A DNA stretch of 61,318 nt, filler included, from Sphacelaria rigidula (GCA_964200075.2; 7 parts of 7 records of this genome joined end to end with filler, not necessarily neighbours in it), one strand, 5' to 3'; counted from the whole stretch's first letter, positions 22,903-36,700 are shown. Notes: generated from the letters alone by a model not told the origin. Made by a program: numbers and translations.

Positions 22903-25900
22903 ACACCATAACTTATCAAGTTTGCCAAACCAGCCCGACCTGAGCAATCGGTGTGACCTGCTACAGACCAACGTGGTAACGCACGGGACCGCCACTGAAA
23001 GAAAAAACAAATTGAAAGAAATGTACGGCATAATGTATCACCCAACCGACGGAACAAAAAAAACAATCCGTGGGGATTCGAGTCATCCTACGATACGGGC
23101 GGGTATTTGGTTGCACGAAAAAAGAGGCTCATGAGTGTGTCAGATATCCTTCCACACTCGCGTTGCGCTTGTATTTGTTTCCAAACGATGTCAGGAAGTA
23201 TGGATGAGCGTTTTTGATCCACAACAAGCGTGTTCGAACAATCGTTGCTACTTCCAACGACGATCTAACTCGAAATTTCGAGCAAAAAATTGTCCAAAAT
23301 ACCCCCCCCCCCCTATCGTAGGATGACTCTTCGTACTCGTGACCTCCATGATTGGAGTCAACTGCGTCACTTGGATTAAAGGAGCGCAGTCATGCCACAC
23401 GAAACGTTGGATGCTGCGCCAAATATCTGGAAGATTTGGCCTCAATTGCACCAGGACGTTCTCAAATAGAGGACGAACACCTACGGTAGCGATGTCCACG
23501 TATTCATTTATTTTCACGAAGTTATAACATTTTTCTAGTTATTGCAGAAATTTCAATCGCTCTGAATGTGTGCATTTGTTTTTCCTTGGCATTCCCGGGA
23601 AGGTTGTGCATAGTAATGACACAAACAAATTCCAGCGCCCAACGCTGCGGATTACCACCCTCCCGGCCCGGATACATTTGCAAATCACTGTCAGCTGACC
23701 CAGGTCGTACAGTATTCGTTTGGCGTTGTTTGTTTGCCATCTGAACTGATTTTAGACGCGGAGGGGCCACGGCCGACGACAGTATGCGTGGGTTTGCACT
23801 CTACAGTATGCTTTGGGCAGCAACGTCACGCGCCACCGCAGCTATAACGACATGCTCATGTTTAAACTATCGTCTCTGCTGACGGGCAACGCTGTTGTTT
23901 CCGTGAGATAGTGTGGGAGAATATATGTACGACAACGAACACACCTCAACGTGGCGCAATTGCCGCCGGCTTATTTTGGATATCGCCCCTCTTTGTATAC
24001 TCTGGAGTATGTGACACGCTTTTCCACCGCATCTCATGTGTCCCAATGTCCCCCGCCGAGATGGCAATATCTCAACACACATAGCAGCTGCAGAGACAAA
24101 TCTAATTGCTCTGTGTAGCTAAGACGCATAGCCATCAGCCCTGCACGTTGCGGCTGCGCATACGCTTGCTGTAGCGACATATCTTGACGTATAGTAAGGT
24201 TCATCTTTCGCAATTTACGCACGATCCCGGAAACGAATTGGTGCAAATTTGGTATTCCACGATGGCTATTAGCAGTTACTATCTGCCTTTTGAGTTTCAG
24301 CTACCCGCCGTTCGTGCAGCGCAAGTTATCTGCGATCGCGTGTAGGTAGGCCATATTGGAAAATGGCTTTTGGGCTTGTACAGATTTCCGTGGCTTTTTT
24401 CCCGGTCATCCGTCGATCGTGCGTGTGCTGTACTGGATGGAATTGAACCGGACTTGGACGGAGGAATAGTGTACGATACGTACTACAGCTGTGTATCGCT
24501 TCAGTTGCGATATAACCTTCTGTACATTTCTTAGAGTTCGTCGTGTCTTCATTTTGGGGGGTGGTGGTAAAAAACGTGACACTAAACTGGGCGTAACGCT
24601 GTATTATCGACACAGTTTTTTGGGAGATCGTCCCAATTTTAGGCGTTTCGCACTTTTTTTCGCACCTTCTCCCAAAATGAAGCGGCGAGTATTTTTCGCC
24701 AAGCCTTCACGTTTTGCGACAGTCCGATTTTTCGCACCCCAACCCAATACTCTGTAAAGCTGCCCTTGGCACACGCCGTGGCGCCCGCAAGCATGCGATA
24801 GTCATCAGGAACCTTGCTAGTGACACCCTGGGCTATGTTGTAGAGTAAAAAGCACCGCGGGGTGGCGGTATCTATCTCCTTAGACGGTGTGCGCCCCGGC
24901 AGTGGTGTTGGAACTTTTGGGGTCAAGCACGGTGGTCGTCATTTGCAGACATAAGCACTTTCGAAGTGAAGAGCAGAAACAATCCAGTAGCTACCTACTT
25001 GCCTGCTGTGCTGCTACGTGTGTACGCTTCCGCACCGTCTGAAAAGTGTATAGCTGATGGTTTAATTGGGTGTATCTGCGCATACAACTCACAGAAAGCA
25101 AGCATGCTGCAATCTATCTACGGGGCTTTCTACAGCCGGTATCTTCACTCATGTGCGCTGCTCCAGCATCCCAAGAGAGCCGGTAGATCACGCCCTAGCC
25201 TGTCCGACTGCTCCCCCCGTGTCACGGAGAGGTTGTGAGAAGGATGTGTACCACAATGATGAACGCCATACACGGGTAGGTAGCATAGCGTTGTCCTTTA
25301 TTTTGCCGGCGAAGGCAAGCGAACGAAGAGATCAGCACCATTTATCTGTGATGAGATATCTAACAGCAAGAGAAGATCAAGATAATAATGAGCCCTCGGC
25401 GATTGCCAAAATTTCGAACCTTCTCTGATTTTTTTCATTTGTCGATAATAACGGCCGTAAGACCAACTCTTATGGGAAAGTTTGAAATTTTATTTTGCAA
25501 CAATTTCAGAAGATTTTTTTTTTCTTCTTTATCATCATGGCGAACGGGCACAAAATAAACAACTACGGAAAAAAAAAAGTCGTTTCAAATTCATGCAAAA
25601 TGTAATTCTAAACGCTCCCGTGAAAGTTGGCCTAAGAAGAAACAAAATGTAAAAAAAATGGATCTTCTTGGTCATTTTACGTCCTGAATGACAAAAGAGA
25701 GCCGTTATAGGCGGAGTGTGAGACCTTGGAATGACTTGCTCTACTACTTGAGACGGTTCCAGGACATATTTGCGTTTACCGGCGGCGACAGTTTTTCTTT
25801 TGATCAAACTTGCGTTTTAGTCCAGAAACGGTGAAGTCAAAAGAAAAATCGTTGTTTTTCCAACAAATATTCAATGTCAACATCAAATTGTTCGAATTGA

Positions 25901-27712
25901 GGTTTAACTCTGAGATGAGGCTCAAGCGGGCAACCCGACTCGCGCCCTGTTTGTAGCAGAAGTACCGAGGACAAGCTCTTATTCGGAAGAAGTAGCCTGT
26001 GGAGGTGAACCCGTAACGCGTCATGTTCAGTACGTCGAAGAATCGAGAGAAGTTAATCGGGTGAGCACTCTTGTTCCTCTACACCGCAGGGAAAAAGGTG
26101 GCAGCGCACGGATCCCATGCCTTGCGCGAGGAACAGCATCCTGATCATGCCCCGACAGGGTGGAGGGGGTGGGGGTGCTCGTCAGGCACGACTAAGACGG
26201 GCACCGTTCGTGTCTTGGTATCGANNNNNNNNNNNNNNNNNNNNNNNNNNNNNNNNNNNNNNNNNNNNTTAATTAATTAANNNNNNNNNNNNNNNNNNNN
26301 NNNNNNNNNNNNNNNNNNNNNNNNGGTGTGTTCGACGAGTCGCATGAAGGGTGACCTCCATCCTGCTAAGGTTGCTCGGCCCGAAGCCTACTGGTTATCT
26401 TGCATTCGGATAACAGCCTACAATGGGTTGCTTTATTCTCTGGTATTACCACTTCCAGAGACAACCACGGCCTATACACTGCCCCATGGGTGCCTCAGAT
26501 CCAAAAACTACGTAGTACGATCATCCCCAATATGCGGAGCTGAGGTTCTCCCACGCCGCACAACATGATCTAGCTCGACTACCATCATGGTTATCGCAAA
26601 AAAACGCGAGCGCAAAAAAACAAAAGCGGTAGCCTGGTTGCCCAGCTTACGCAGTGAGTGGCGTGTTTTATAGCGTCATCGCCAACAGACGCCAACCCCA
26701 TCGGGGGTCCGCCCCTGCAAAGCCGGGACGGAGCACGCCGGGTTCTCGCCGGACCAGCCAGAGGGAGGGTAACGGATTCGGCACATCGACTCGGCTATCT
26801 AATGGTCGAAACCCTTGCGTCGAATTCATCGATTAGTGGTTGAGGGTATTTTGGCTGCGTGTATCGGGGTTGGGTGGGTGGTCGGGTGGGGTTGTAAACG
26901 AACAGGTGTGATAGTACTTGACCATGTGCCCGTGTCACGACACCTCACTGTGCATCGGTATCGTTGATGTCGTTTTCTGGTCATCACGTCATCAACAAGG
27001 ATTGAAAAGAAGTTTCTGGAGCTTCCTTGTTGCATCCCATCATCACTACTCGTTCAGTACGATGAAAAGTTCATGATTTGTTTCTCGAGTTGCAGTAACC
27101 ATCCAATCGAGTTCATCGAAATGAGGTACACCTTCTGTACTGTACGCTGAAAAAATGAAAAAAAAAACATTTGAGAACGACCACAAATGAAAGGACGCCC
27201 AATTCGACCAAATTCACGTTCACAACGATCAAACGATCGATCAAGCTCCATGGTCACACGAAAGATGAAGAAGAACCATGATCACCTCCAGATTCACCCT
27301 AGCGCTTGTGGGATATTTTCAAGTGACGGCAAGCCTGATAGGCCCTCACCAGGGCTTCAGACAGAGAGATCGTAAAACAATACGTCGTGGGAGCAGGTTG
27401 CAACTTCTGCCGTCCGCAGGCCACACAACTAGACGAGAACGCTTTTACCATTGACTCTGGACTAGGACACAAACACCCGGCACGTGAGGCGGAGAAACAA
27501 TGAAAGGGAAAGGCCGGAGTCCCACTATGTCGCGGTAGGTTTACGTTCAAGTTTAGGGTTGGGGTTATTCCACACGGCGATAATCGTGCACTCGCTTAAT
27601 ATTCATGCCAGGCTCATGGACAAGAGAATTAAAACCACACTGCGGTGGCGCATCGCATTTTAGAGGGGCCGACCACACCATATCGGGACCCCCACTGTGC
27701 AATTACGCTCAC

Positions 27713-27837
27713 TTGAGTACGGGAACTTCTGGCTGGCCAAGTGCTTCTGTCTTTTCTGGTGAGCCATCTTTGGAGGGTTGTCCATAGAGAATGTCGTGGC
27801 AGATGATGCTACCCAGGCTGTGCCCAAAAATGGACAC
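27713..27837 (-). CDS. Internal exon C, DDHD phospholipase (catalytic GHSLG)
   Basis: CAG|GTGTCC...CTCAA|GTGAGC. Reads VSIFGHSLGSIICHDILYGQPSKDGSPEK..., containing the lipase GxSxG nucleophile motif, in phase with exon B. Confidence 0.9.
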
Positions 27838-28084
27838 CTGCTCACAACACCACGCAGGAATCAGCCGGGCACAGAAGCAGAAAACACAACAATGAGGAAG
27901 CCAAAGGTGTTGGAGGTCAAGCAAGCATGTAATGTAGGGCGACAATAGCGGACATGCAAAGCCGGGCAGCGTAAAAAACACGAGCGAATGGCGTGGCCAA
28001 AGGGAAGACTTGTCGTTTTGAGTATTTTTGTCCATTCGGTTGCGAGAAGAAAGAATGAGTACTTTATCGAAAACGAAAGCAACG

Positions 28085-28125
<41 letters not shown>

Positions 28126-29698
28126 GGCAACACTACCACCACCAACAATTCCTGAGGCGGAAGACACACATACGCTTCACCTTACTCCACGAACTGGGCG
28201 GATTGGGGCAATAGCTCCTAACTCATCGGGGGTTGACGGACGGATGTGAAATACACCTGGGGGATAACTATCGGACGGATCGTACAAAAAAAAAAGGAAA
28301 ACCTTCGTTGTAATGTGGACGGACAGTGGAGTATGACAAGAAACCGGATAGAGATGGACAATGACGATAGTTGAGACGGAAAGTCTCGGGCTTGTAAGTA
28401 TACGTGTGCTGTATATCAAGAGAGGTGGTACTCATATCAAAATACATTTTTTTTACAAAATTTGGGTAAACGGGTTAACGCCCTACAATAGCAGTTGACG
28501 GGAAAAAACAAATGTCGCTCGAAACCTCCGGGGCATCCCAACGAACTCCGCGGACCACGCACACGACGCTTTCAGAGCGCCTTCCTGCCTGCGTGGTCTT
28601 CCGATTATGGACACGCAAGGCACCCCGAGACGCTCCAATTGCTGGGCACTACTCATTTCGTCGGATCCGTGCGACAGCGCGCGCTATAATACGCAACAGT
28701 CGAAGGTGTAAGCTGTTTTTGTTCTATTCTCACACTACAGTAGAACCGAAAGTCGATAAAAGCGTTCACATTTCCACTTCCAGCGTTCGCTTGATGGATT
28801 GTTGCACATCAACTTTTCCATCACGACTTCAACAGTAGTCACAATATTGGGCGTACCCACGGTGAATACACCGAACCCTCTGCGAGAAAAAAGCGATCCT
28901 TGAACATCTCACAAAAGCAGGAGGACTGCCGACTAACGTACACGTGCAAGGTGGCAGTATGGTTTGTTTTGCCTCATTGCTCGTAAATTTGTGCTGTGAA
29001 CTTGGTGAACAAATGACTGACTATTTGATTGGTTGATGAGTTGATTGATTGATCGAGCATTGAACTGTTCCGCTGAGAACCCACCCGTGATTACGGCAAT
29101 TGGCGTATGTATGCGCGTATCAGCGGTAAATAAATCGAAGCACTCGCCGAACGCAGCTCGAGAAACGGGCAGGAAAAAAAAAAAAACGAAACAAGAGAGG
29201 AAAGTGAAAACAAACAAAGGAACAAGAACGAGTAAAGCAAGGAAAAAAGGCGAGGTCGAGGAAGCACCAGGAGGCCAAGGTCTAGAGGTACAGTACCGGT
29301 CCCAAGAACACCCCCGGAAGAAATCCGAGGACTATACTGTTAGGGAGAGGAGGCCGTGCAGATAGTTAAGACTCGGTTATCTGGGACCACCGCATTATTC
29401 GAGCATGAACTGTCACCCGTCGAAACAGAAGTTCACATTCCCCTTTCAAATCGGGTTCCGGTGGTGTGGCATCAAAACGGTCCAACTGACGCCGGACAGT
29501 GCGTAAAATGGATGGGTCTAGTCATGAGAGATACCCCAATTTTTTTTCAAGTGTCTGATTTTTGTCTCCAGGAACGAGAGGAGGTGAGTAGCATAGGGAG
29601 TATATTTGATGAAAGTCAACGCGATGGGGGAGAGATGGCTTGATCTCTTCAGACTGCGGACTCGTCCCGAAGAGGGATAGGGGGGAACGGGGGAACGA

Positions 29699-29822
29699 GG
29701 GGGGGGGCGTATTCATTTGTTGCTTGCCTTAGTCGTGTGACCATTGACGACGCATCCCTCTCAAGACGGAGCACCGTTCCTACTCCTGACTCAGACACCT
29801 CCAACATTCTGGCGCTCATTAG
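29699..29822 (-). mobile_element. LINE-like 3' end family A with C-run tail
   Basis: Minus strand ends GGCAAGCAACAAATGAATACG-C9. G-rich tracts lie at both junctions on the + strand. Confidence 0.7.
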
Positions 29823-30120
29823 TTTGGGAAGGGGGGAGGGAGTGGGGGGGGGTGACAATACGACCACAGAAAATAAAGCCCCTGCACACTATTGTGCCGA
29901 AGACATTTTCTTACAGAATCATAATTTCCTGCCGACCCCTACACCGCGAGGGTAGTCCATCTGGATCATGCATACCTTCGTCAAGTGGAATTGATGCCGA
30001 TTCAACAGATGACTCATTCTCGCCGTCTAAGGGTCACCGTGCACCTATACAACGTGCAACTGTGCAATATGACCCTACATAACCGGACTCTATTCTGTGC
30101 AGCATGCGTTTTGGCATCAC

Positions 30121-30211
30121 CTTTCCCGTGAAGTGTGGCGTGTATTTGGAGAACGTTTCCCACATCCTGTTAATCTCGCTGGTCACCCACGTCAATATTC
30201 TCTCCTGAACC
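30121..30211 (-). CDS. Internal exon B, DDHD phospholipase
   Basis: CAG|...AAG|GTGATG. Phase 2 to phase 0, in frame with exon A. Reads (R)VQERILTWVTSEINRMWETFSKYTPHFTGK, matching V.SE.NR...F....P.F.G. Confidence 0.88.
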
Positions 30212-30468
30212 CTGACAAAGACAGTAAACACGCAAAGCCACGAAAAAAAAGAAAAAAAAAAACGTGAATGAACAAAACAGGAAAGCGCGACGGGTGACGT
30301 ATTTTGACCGTGTGCCTCGCTCATTTGAGCTCTGTCTTCGGTTGTGCGGATACTAATCCCACAGGTGTATCTTACGAGGATGCATCACTCCTCACACCCG
30401 CTTGTTCTTTATTTTCGATGCTTCACTTCTCGGGGGCTTGTGTGTCACGCTCTATTATGTGCCATACT

Positions 30469-30513
<45 letters not shown>

Positions 30514-30910
30514 TGTACCGATTCCTAGAATCCCCCAACAACCCCCATGATACCAGAGCTTCAGGTCAGGAAGAGGCTGGACAAACGCAAGGTCGTGAAG
30601 CAGGTTGCGACTCAGCTATCTGGAAACTACACGATTAAGGCAGGATTACTCCTAAATGACCACCTCCGCAGGAGACCGTTCCATCAGCCGCCGCTCGCCC
30701 GATGTCGCCGCATCGTTGACGCAGAAGAAAAGACAAAATAATAATCATAACCACACGATTCGTATCAGACTACTACGAAATAATACCACAGAAAGTGACC
30801 ACGTGGATGGTGCAGTGTTTCAAGTCAGCTACCGAGTATAGTACAATCGGCTGCGTGCTCACGTCTTTGACATTTGCCCTGCATAGTGTGGTACGCGTAT
30901 CTCGTCTTAC

Positions 30911-31032
30911 CTCGGCGTGAGGTAGTACATCACGTCCATGATCGCCTGGTTGGTAAAATCTCTGAAGGCGAGAATGCTGGGCAAGGTGATCTTCTGAACT
31001 ATGCCTTCCTCCACAGCTCCATCACCGTGAAC
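30911..31032 (-). CDS. Internal exon A, DDHD-domain phospholipase A1 (PA-PLA1/DDHD1-2/SEC23IP family)
   Basis: CAG|...AG|GTAAGA. Reads VHGDGAVEEGIVQKITLPSILAFRDFTNQAIMDVMYYLTP, matching the DDHD ITLPSI..R.FTN..I.DV..Y..P segment. Phase 0 to phase 2. Confidence 0.88.
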
Positions 31033-31785
31033 CTGTAGCCGACATATTGAAGATGAAGCAGAATATAAAAGAGTTTCCACAAATCCTCGATGTTAACCCG
31101 CATGCATAAATATACATCCACGTATCCGCCATACTTCAACCTCTCGCAATATTCCTCGGGACGATTCTATAGCCTCAGGGGTTTCAACCCTTCTCTTCAC
31201 CGATGCCGTTTACAGGTACCACTTACTGCCTTGCTACTTACTTTTGAGCATTGGATGATGACCATCAGCGCTTCCACTGCCATCGACTTTCACCGGTTTA
31301 TTTTCGTCCGGTAGCGTTCTCACGCTTTTCAAGACGGAAAACAGTAAAATTTATGCATTCTCGCGGGATTCGAAGGTACATTAACGCGGCACACGGCACC
31401 GTTAATGGTACAATGGTACAACTGAGACCTCTGAGGTCAAAAGATTGAGGCTCGTTTGCAATCCCTGTAAATGTTTGCCCAGTTTGTTTCTGAGAAGTAT
31501 CTGATTTCTGGTGGTTGAAAACAGAAGGGCGTGAGTGGCGAAGAAAATGTACTTGACGAGAGTTTCTGCGGTGCGGGAGTACTGATCTGATCCGCGATTC
31601 CAAGATTCAAGGCAGGTACCGGCGGGGGGAATAGGTGAATACCTCGGGACCGCGGAACTGGTTCAAGAAACTGGAGGGGGCTGAAAGTATGACAAAACAA
31701 ATACACGAGCAGGTAACGTCTGGCGAACTGATGCAGTACCAAATTTACACCAAACAAAAACAAGTCTCACAGGTTCACCTGTATA

Positions 31786-32200
31786 CTTCCTCTGACAAAT
31801 GAGTTAGCTCGATTACATTTACACGGTTTCTTAACCGTGCCCGACGCCGTTGGCGATGATATTTTTGAAATCTTTGTCATTTTTCGAGTTAAAACCCTTC
31901 TTTTTTTTTTATGCGCAACCTCCTGCATGGGCAAGCGGCTGAAAAAAATCAGTCGGCCCCCAAAAGGCCATATTTCGCCCCTTTTCTGGAGGCGAAAAAA
32001 TACCAAATTACCGCCCGCAATGCCGCCTTCTTCGTTGGGGTAAGCAGCGACGGCCGCCCGCTGCGAGGTTTGTTTGAGAGGTCAAGCTCCTGGGTGCCTT
32101 CGATCTGTGCCTTGCAGCTTTCCATACAGTAGCTGTGCGGGGTATTCAGGGCCAACACTATAGCGCTGGGCAAGGGGACCTGCAACGCCCTCGGGCAGCC
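31786..32200 (-). mobile_element. Tc1/mariner deletion derivative with transposase HTH relic
   Basis: TA|CTTCCTC terminus. Positions 32014-32200 read LPEGVAGPLAQRYSVGPEYP / CKAQIEGTQELDLSNKPRSGRPSLLTPTKKAALR, including the Tc1-type RSGRP linker. Confidence 0.6.
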
Positions 32201-33958
32201 TTACTTTGCCTTAGTCGCTTGACCATTGACCACGCATCACTTTCGAGACGGAGCAAGGAAAGCTCGTGGGGGGAGGGGAGGGGAGGGGAAGGTCCAGGAA
32301 AGGGTGCCCGGAGAAGCACTAGCTGAAGTGTCTGAGGGACAATACCCAAGCGGTCGGAGTCACAGGCGGTTCTACGGAAGACAACCGACGAACGCCCGGA
32401 GTTGACAGCGGCCTCTGGACTACAGCAGCGAAGTAGAAGGAGGGGATGCCACGGCACGCTAGGGTGCTGGGGAGTGGAGAGGTTCATGATCTCATGGCGC
32501 AAGGACGAAGACAACGCCAGCCGACTATGTTGATTTTTTTAGGCCCTAAATGTTTTTTGTTTTGTTTCTTTCTACTTTGTTTTTGATGTTAGCCTATGAG
32601 CACGGAAGGCGTCTGCATCAGATGTCCCGCACGGGAAGAAACAAATACTGCGCAGCTATCGGAACGGCTTTGAATGTAAAGACAAGAGCATCAACTGCAA
32701 AAGGCGGCTAGCTTATCCGCAGAACTAAGTGTGACATGAAGAAAAGGGTAAATAGTGGCTTATGGTCTCTCTGTTTGCAGAGATAGCTGGCTAACTCGAG
32801 TTGTGAACTGGCTGCCAGTTTAACTGATCGGTTTTGTAATCAATTGAACCACTTATTTCACCCGACATGCGTGCCATACTCCAAAGTGTTCTGTATACAT
32901 ACGTGTCATACTCAAATCAACGCTTCTTAAGTCTTGTACTACAATGACCGTGGGGACGCTGTCACAAAGGCGAGTACATGATCGCACAGCGCACACACCT
33001 GGACGTCGACATGAATATCGCAGACAACATATTCTAGAATTAAAAAAATAGAAATTGAGCACGCACAGTTGTTGGTTGAGCGGATCTGGAACGTGAAGCG
33101 TAGCATTGTTGCGTGCATTTCGCTTTATTCTGTCGGCATCAAACATTGAGTGTTTAGTGGTGGCTGGCCAATGTGATACCGAAGCATGAGGAAGAGTCTA
33201 AATTTCTGTTAAATTTTCCTGGCTGATGAAGTCACACTCAATCACGCTACCAAGTTGTCATGCTACTAGTAGTTCCCGGCGCTTGGGTGGTACACGCGGA
33301 ACGCCATCTATGCTGCACTTCTGTCTCACTGCTTCGTTTTTTTAATTCACGCCGCAAAGTTCAGTGATATTTCCTCTTTCCCCATACATATATGTTTTTG
33401 TATATCGATTACGTGCTCGAATTGCTGGCGCTGGGCGGCTAGAATTTACCGCGATTTTGAAGAGATGTGAAGCCAGATGGCGTAACTTTCTCGCCTCCGG
33501 TGGGGCCCCTTCACCAGCGCGCGCGGGGGGGGGGGAAGGGGGGGGGCGTACTCAGCGCGCGGGGGGTATTTACGCGAATCCGCCGCATTGCCTTGCAAGG
33601 CAACGCTAGCGGAGTCGCGGAGTGGCTTCGCCGCCAATTATCCAGTTTTAACTGATAGCTGTAACTGGTTGTAATTTTTTGCTACCAGTTAACTGGTCAG
33701 CCAAACCAGTTCACAACTCTTTTGCTAACCCCTTGCACGCGTCGTATTTCATGAGCCTTTCACAGTTGTCACGCTTCTCATAACCTTGCAAAGATGGTGC
33801 ATACCCGTTTTCCGAAGGACAAGTCTGCATTACACATTTTGTACATGTCCAATATATTGAGGGACGGGCTCATACACATTGTGTGCATATGCGAGGATAA
33901 TCCAAGGGCTGACGGCATATCGCTAGCGTTTGCTCGGTTGACCTCCATGAGTTGAGCT

Positions 33959-34760
33959 AAGACCCACTTTTATGGCAACGAATCTCGATATTTTTGGAAG
34001 CCCGATTTTTGAAAAATCGGAGGAACTCAAAAATCGGGGGGGTCGTTTTATGGCACAGACGGTACAGTATCACAGATTTGTTAAACGGTTCTGAACACAG
34101 ACGGCCACTTTCTGCATGAATGTGGTACTGCGTACTTGTGCATGAAGCCGAAGAGCAGGCAGGCGGTAAACAATCCTTCGAGTGCAGTGTCGTACCTTGG
34201 TACCCTAGGGAAATAGAGTGCAGGACACTCCATCAGTACGGTACATGATAATGCCGTGTGGTAGTACATGATGGCACAGCGGGTATTGCAAGAACAGAGA
34301 ACAAACAGTGCGCGAGCAGAGTTCAGTAGTGCAGTGCTGTACATCACCCCTCAAGTACAGCGACAACAGCTAGGAGAGTACAGTAGCGTTCGGTGTAGTG
34401 ATGCATATAGTAGCGCAGCGCAGCATAAGATATTACCATCGCCCCAGGGTACGGCGTCAGCACTTATTATCCACTTGTCAAGCCCCGTGCGAAGTTGCTT
34501 CAGCAGCTTGGGCGGGCAGTGGGCACGCCCTGTGCTGTCACGAGACTGTCTTCTGCTGCCGTTGCAAAAGATCAAGCGCCTCGTACCCTAGCATGGTACG
34601 TCAATGCACGTACGTCACCTAAAAAAAATCGGGGGAAATCGTCCCGAGATCGTGACCCCCCGATTTTTTCGTCCCCGATTTGGTCCAGATCCGTGTCCAA
34701 AAAATGCTTTCCCCGATTATGAAAAAATCGAGATTCGTACCTGCCATAAAAGTGGGTCTA
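33959..34760. mobile_element. TIR element, hAT-like
   Basis: AGACCCACTTTTATGGCA..CGAATCTCGAT is inverted at 34728-34760; CCCGAT subterminal repeats; an H1-type MITE begins at its right end. Confidence 0.65.
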
Positions 34761-36042
34761 AGGCTACTTCTTATGTATCAAAAGATGAAACTTGTTGAAA
34801 AGTGCATTTTTCACCCTTCTTTGTCGTTTTTCCCCCGAAAAGAGGGCTTGGCGGATCTTGACACCTTGGAATGACTTGCTATATCTGCTGAGACCGTTCC
34901 AGAGCACCTTTGACACTTTCTACGATGCCCCCCCCCCCAAAAGTGCGCAGAAGGAAAGTAATGAGCGCCAGAATGTTGGAGGTGTCTCTATTAGGAGTNN
35001 NNNNNNNNNNNNNNNNNNNNNNNNNNNNNNNNNNNNNNNNNNTTAATTAATTAANNNNNNNNNNNNNNNNNNNNNNNNNNNNNNNNNNNNNNNNNNNNAA
35101 ATCAGCATATTACGAGCAGATGTGCTAGATTAGCGAAACCTCGATATCGCGTCTCAGTTTTTGAGAGTTATGCTATAAAATTTCGTATGGAGCACCGCTA
35201 GTGCATAATAGGCTTGTGAACCCAGCGTTTTTACCTTTTTTTTTCAATTTCTTCTTCCATTTTTTCGGGTTTTTTGTTTCACCCGCACTAAACCGGGCAC
35301 CCGCACAATATGTTTTGTCCTTTTTTGTGTGCATACCGCACTAATAATGTGAACAGATTACCTCAATAGTGCGGGTCCCGCACTGTATACGCTTTTGACT
35401 AGTTGCGGGCTGGTTATGTGCGACTCTTTCGCCCGAAACAGCGNNNNNNNNNGCTACTGTTCCAAGTGTACGAGGTGTCTTCTTGTAAGAAAGCAGGGCA
35501 GGTATGTGCAGGTAACAGGCATCCAAAGTTCATACAGCAGTGTTCGTGAAACTACCATTTTTGGCTGCGCAATACTAGCTCGTGGCAACATGCACCCCGG
35601 CAACCCCACACGGCACGAAGAAGAAAATGTGTCGAAAACGAACGACGAAGACGGAAACAATCTGCAGCTCTGTTGTGGATGGTAAGGGCACAGTACAGCA
35701 GTATACTGTACAGTAGATGGTAGCTGTTGCTCTGCGTGTTTGGTAGGGGTACAGCAGTACTGTACTGCTGTATGTGCGGGGGAAACGTGTAAACTGTGCG
35801 TGTTTTACAGCCTTTGCAGTCGGGGATCCGCACTATGTAGGTCTCACAATAGCCCAAATACTAAACTGGACGGTGCTCGTGATAGTGCGGCACCCGCACC
35901 AAACCGGGTTCCGTCTATGACAAGCAAATTCAGCCGCATTAAACCGGGCAGGCGAACTATAAAACCCGCACTATACAGGGCTACCTACTGTATCTCAACT
36001 TTTCAGCTCAATTTTTAGAACTGTAATTTGAAACTCGGGATA

Positions 36043-36700
36043 AAGAACCACAGAGGTATGCTGAATTAAAAAAAAAGGCCCTCAGTTTTTTTTTTTTTTG
36101 GGGGGGGGAGAGGTTCGGGCGTTCTCGTAAAACAATGGCGGTTTCCATATTAAAACGGCCTCAACCACTGGGAAAATAAAAAAAAGTTCTCGTAAAACAA
36201 TGGCGGTTTCCATATTAAAACGGCCTCAACCAGTGGAAAAATAAGAAAAAATCAACCTGACCCACTTTGTTTCGTCAATTACGCCCTAGCCACGGCCCAC
36301 ACAAAGTTTCAATACACAAACACCAAACGTAAGCCGGTAAGTGGCCTGCAAAATACTGCTCCGAATTTCTTCTGACCCCGTCACTAAACGGTCCATTATA
36401 CGGCCAATGCTCAGAGTTGGACCCTGAAATTTGGTATGGACAATGAAAAGGGGATAGTGCAAAAATTACGAGTGCACACATTTATTTTTTCATGAGTTAA
36501 GGGCAACAATCAGGTTTCAGATATCGGTAAAATGCCCTTAACTCATGGGGAAAAAAACAGTCTTGTGTGCACTAGTAATTTTTTTTGTGACGCCCTTATC
36601 CATTGTCCATACCAAATTTCATGGTCCAACTCTGAATATTGGCCGTATAATGGGCCTGCAAACTACAGAATCGCTTCTCGACTGGCCCAGCTCGTAGCCA
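36043..36700 (+). repeat. Dispersed ~600-bp element with internal ~270-bp hairpin; second copy at 47672-48254 (-)
   Basis: Colinear reverse-complement homology between two contigs. Internal inverted arms TATACGGCCAAT...AAATTTGGTATGGAC. This copy has a 65-bp tandem duplication at 36121-36250. Confidence 0.75.

Noticed and set aside
28087..28123. Poly-Ala/Leu/Gln ORFs
   Set aside because: A (GCA)n microsatellite within a DDHD intron; it is open in several frames by composition.
34128..34200. Upstream DDHD exon (TAG|GGTACC...CAA|GTACGC)
   Set aside because: Splice-like ends, but no frame gives the expected EFLPV.W motif, and it lies inside a TIR element.
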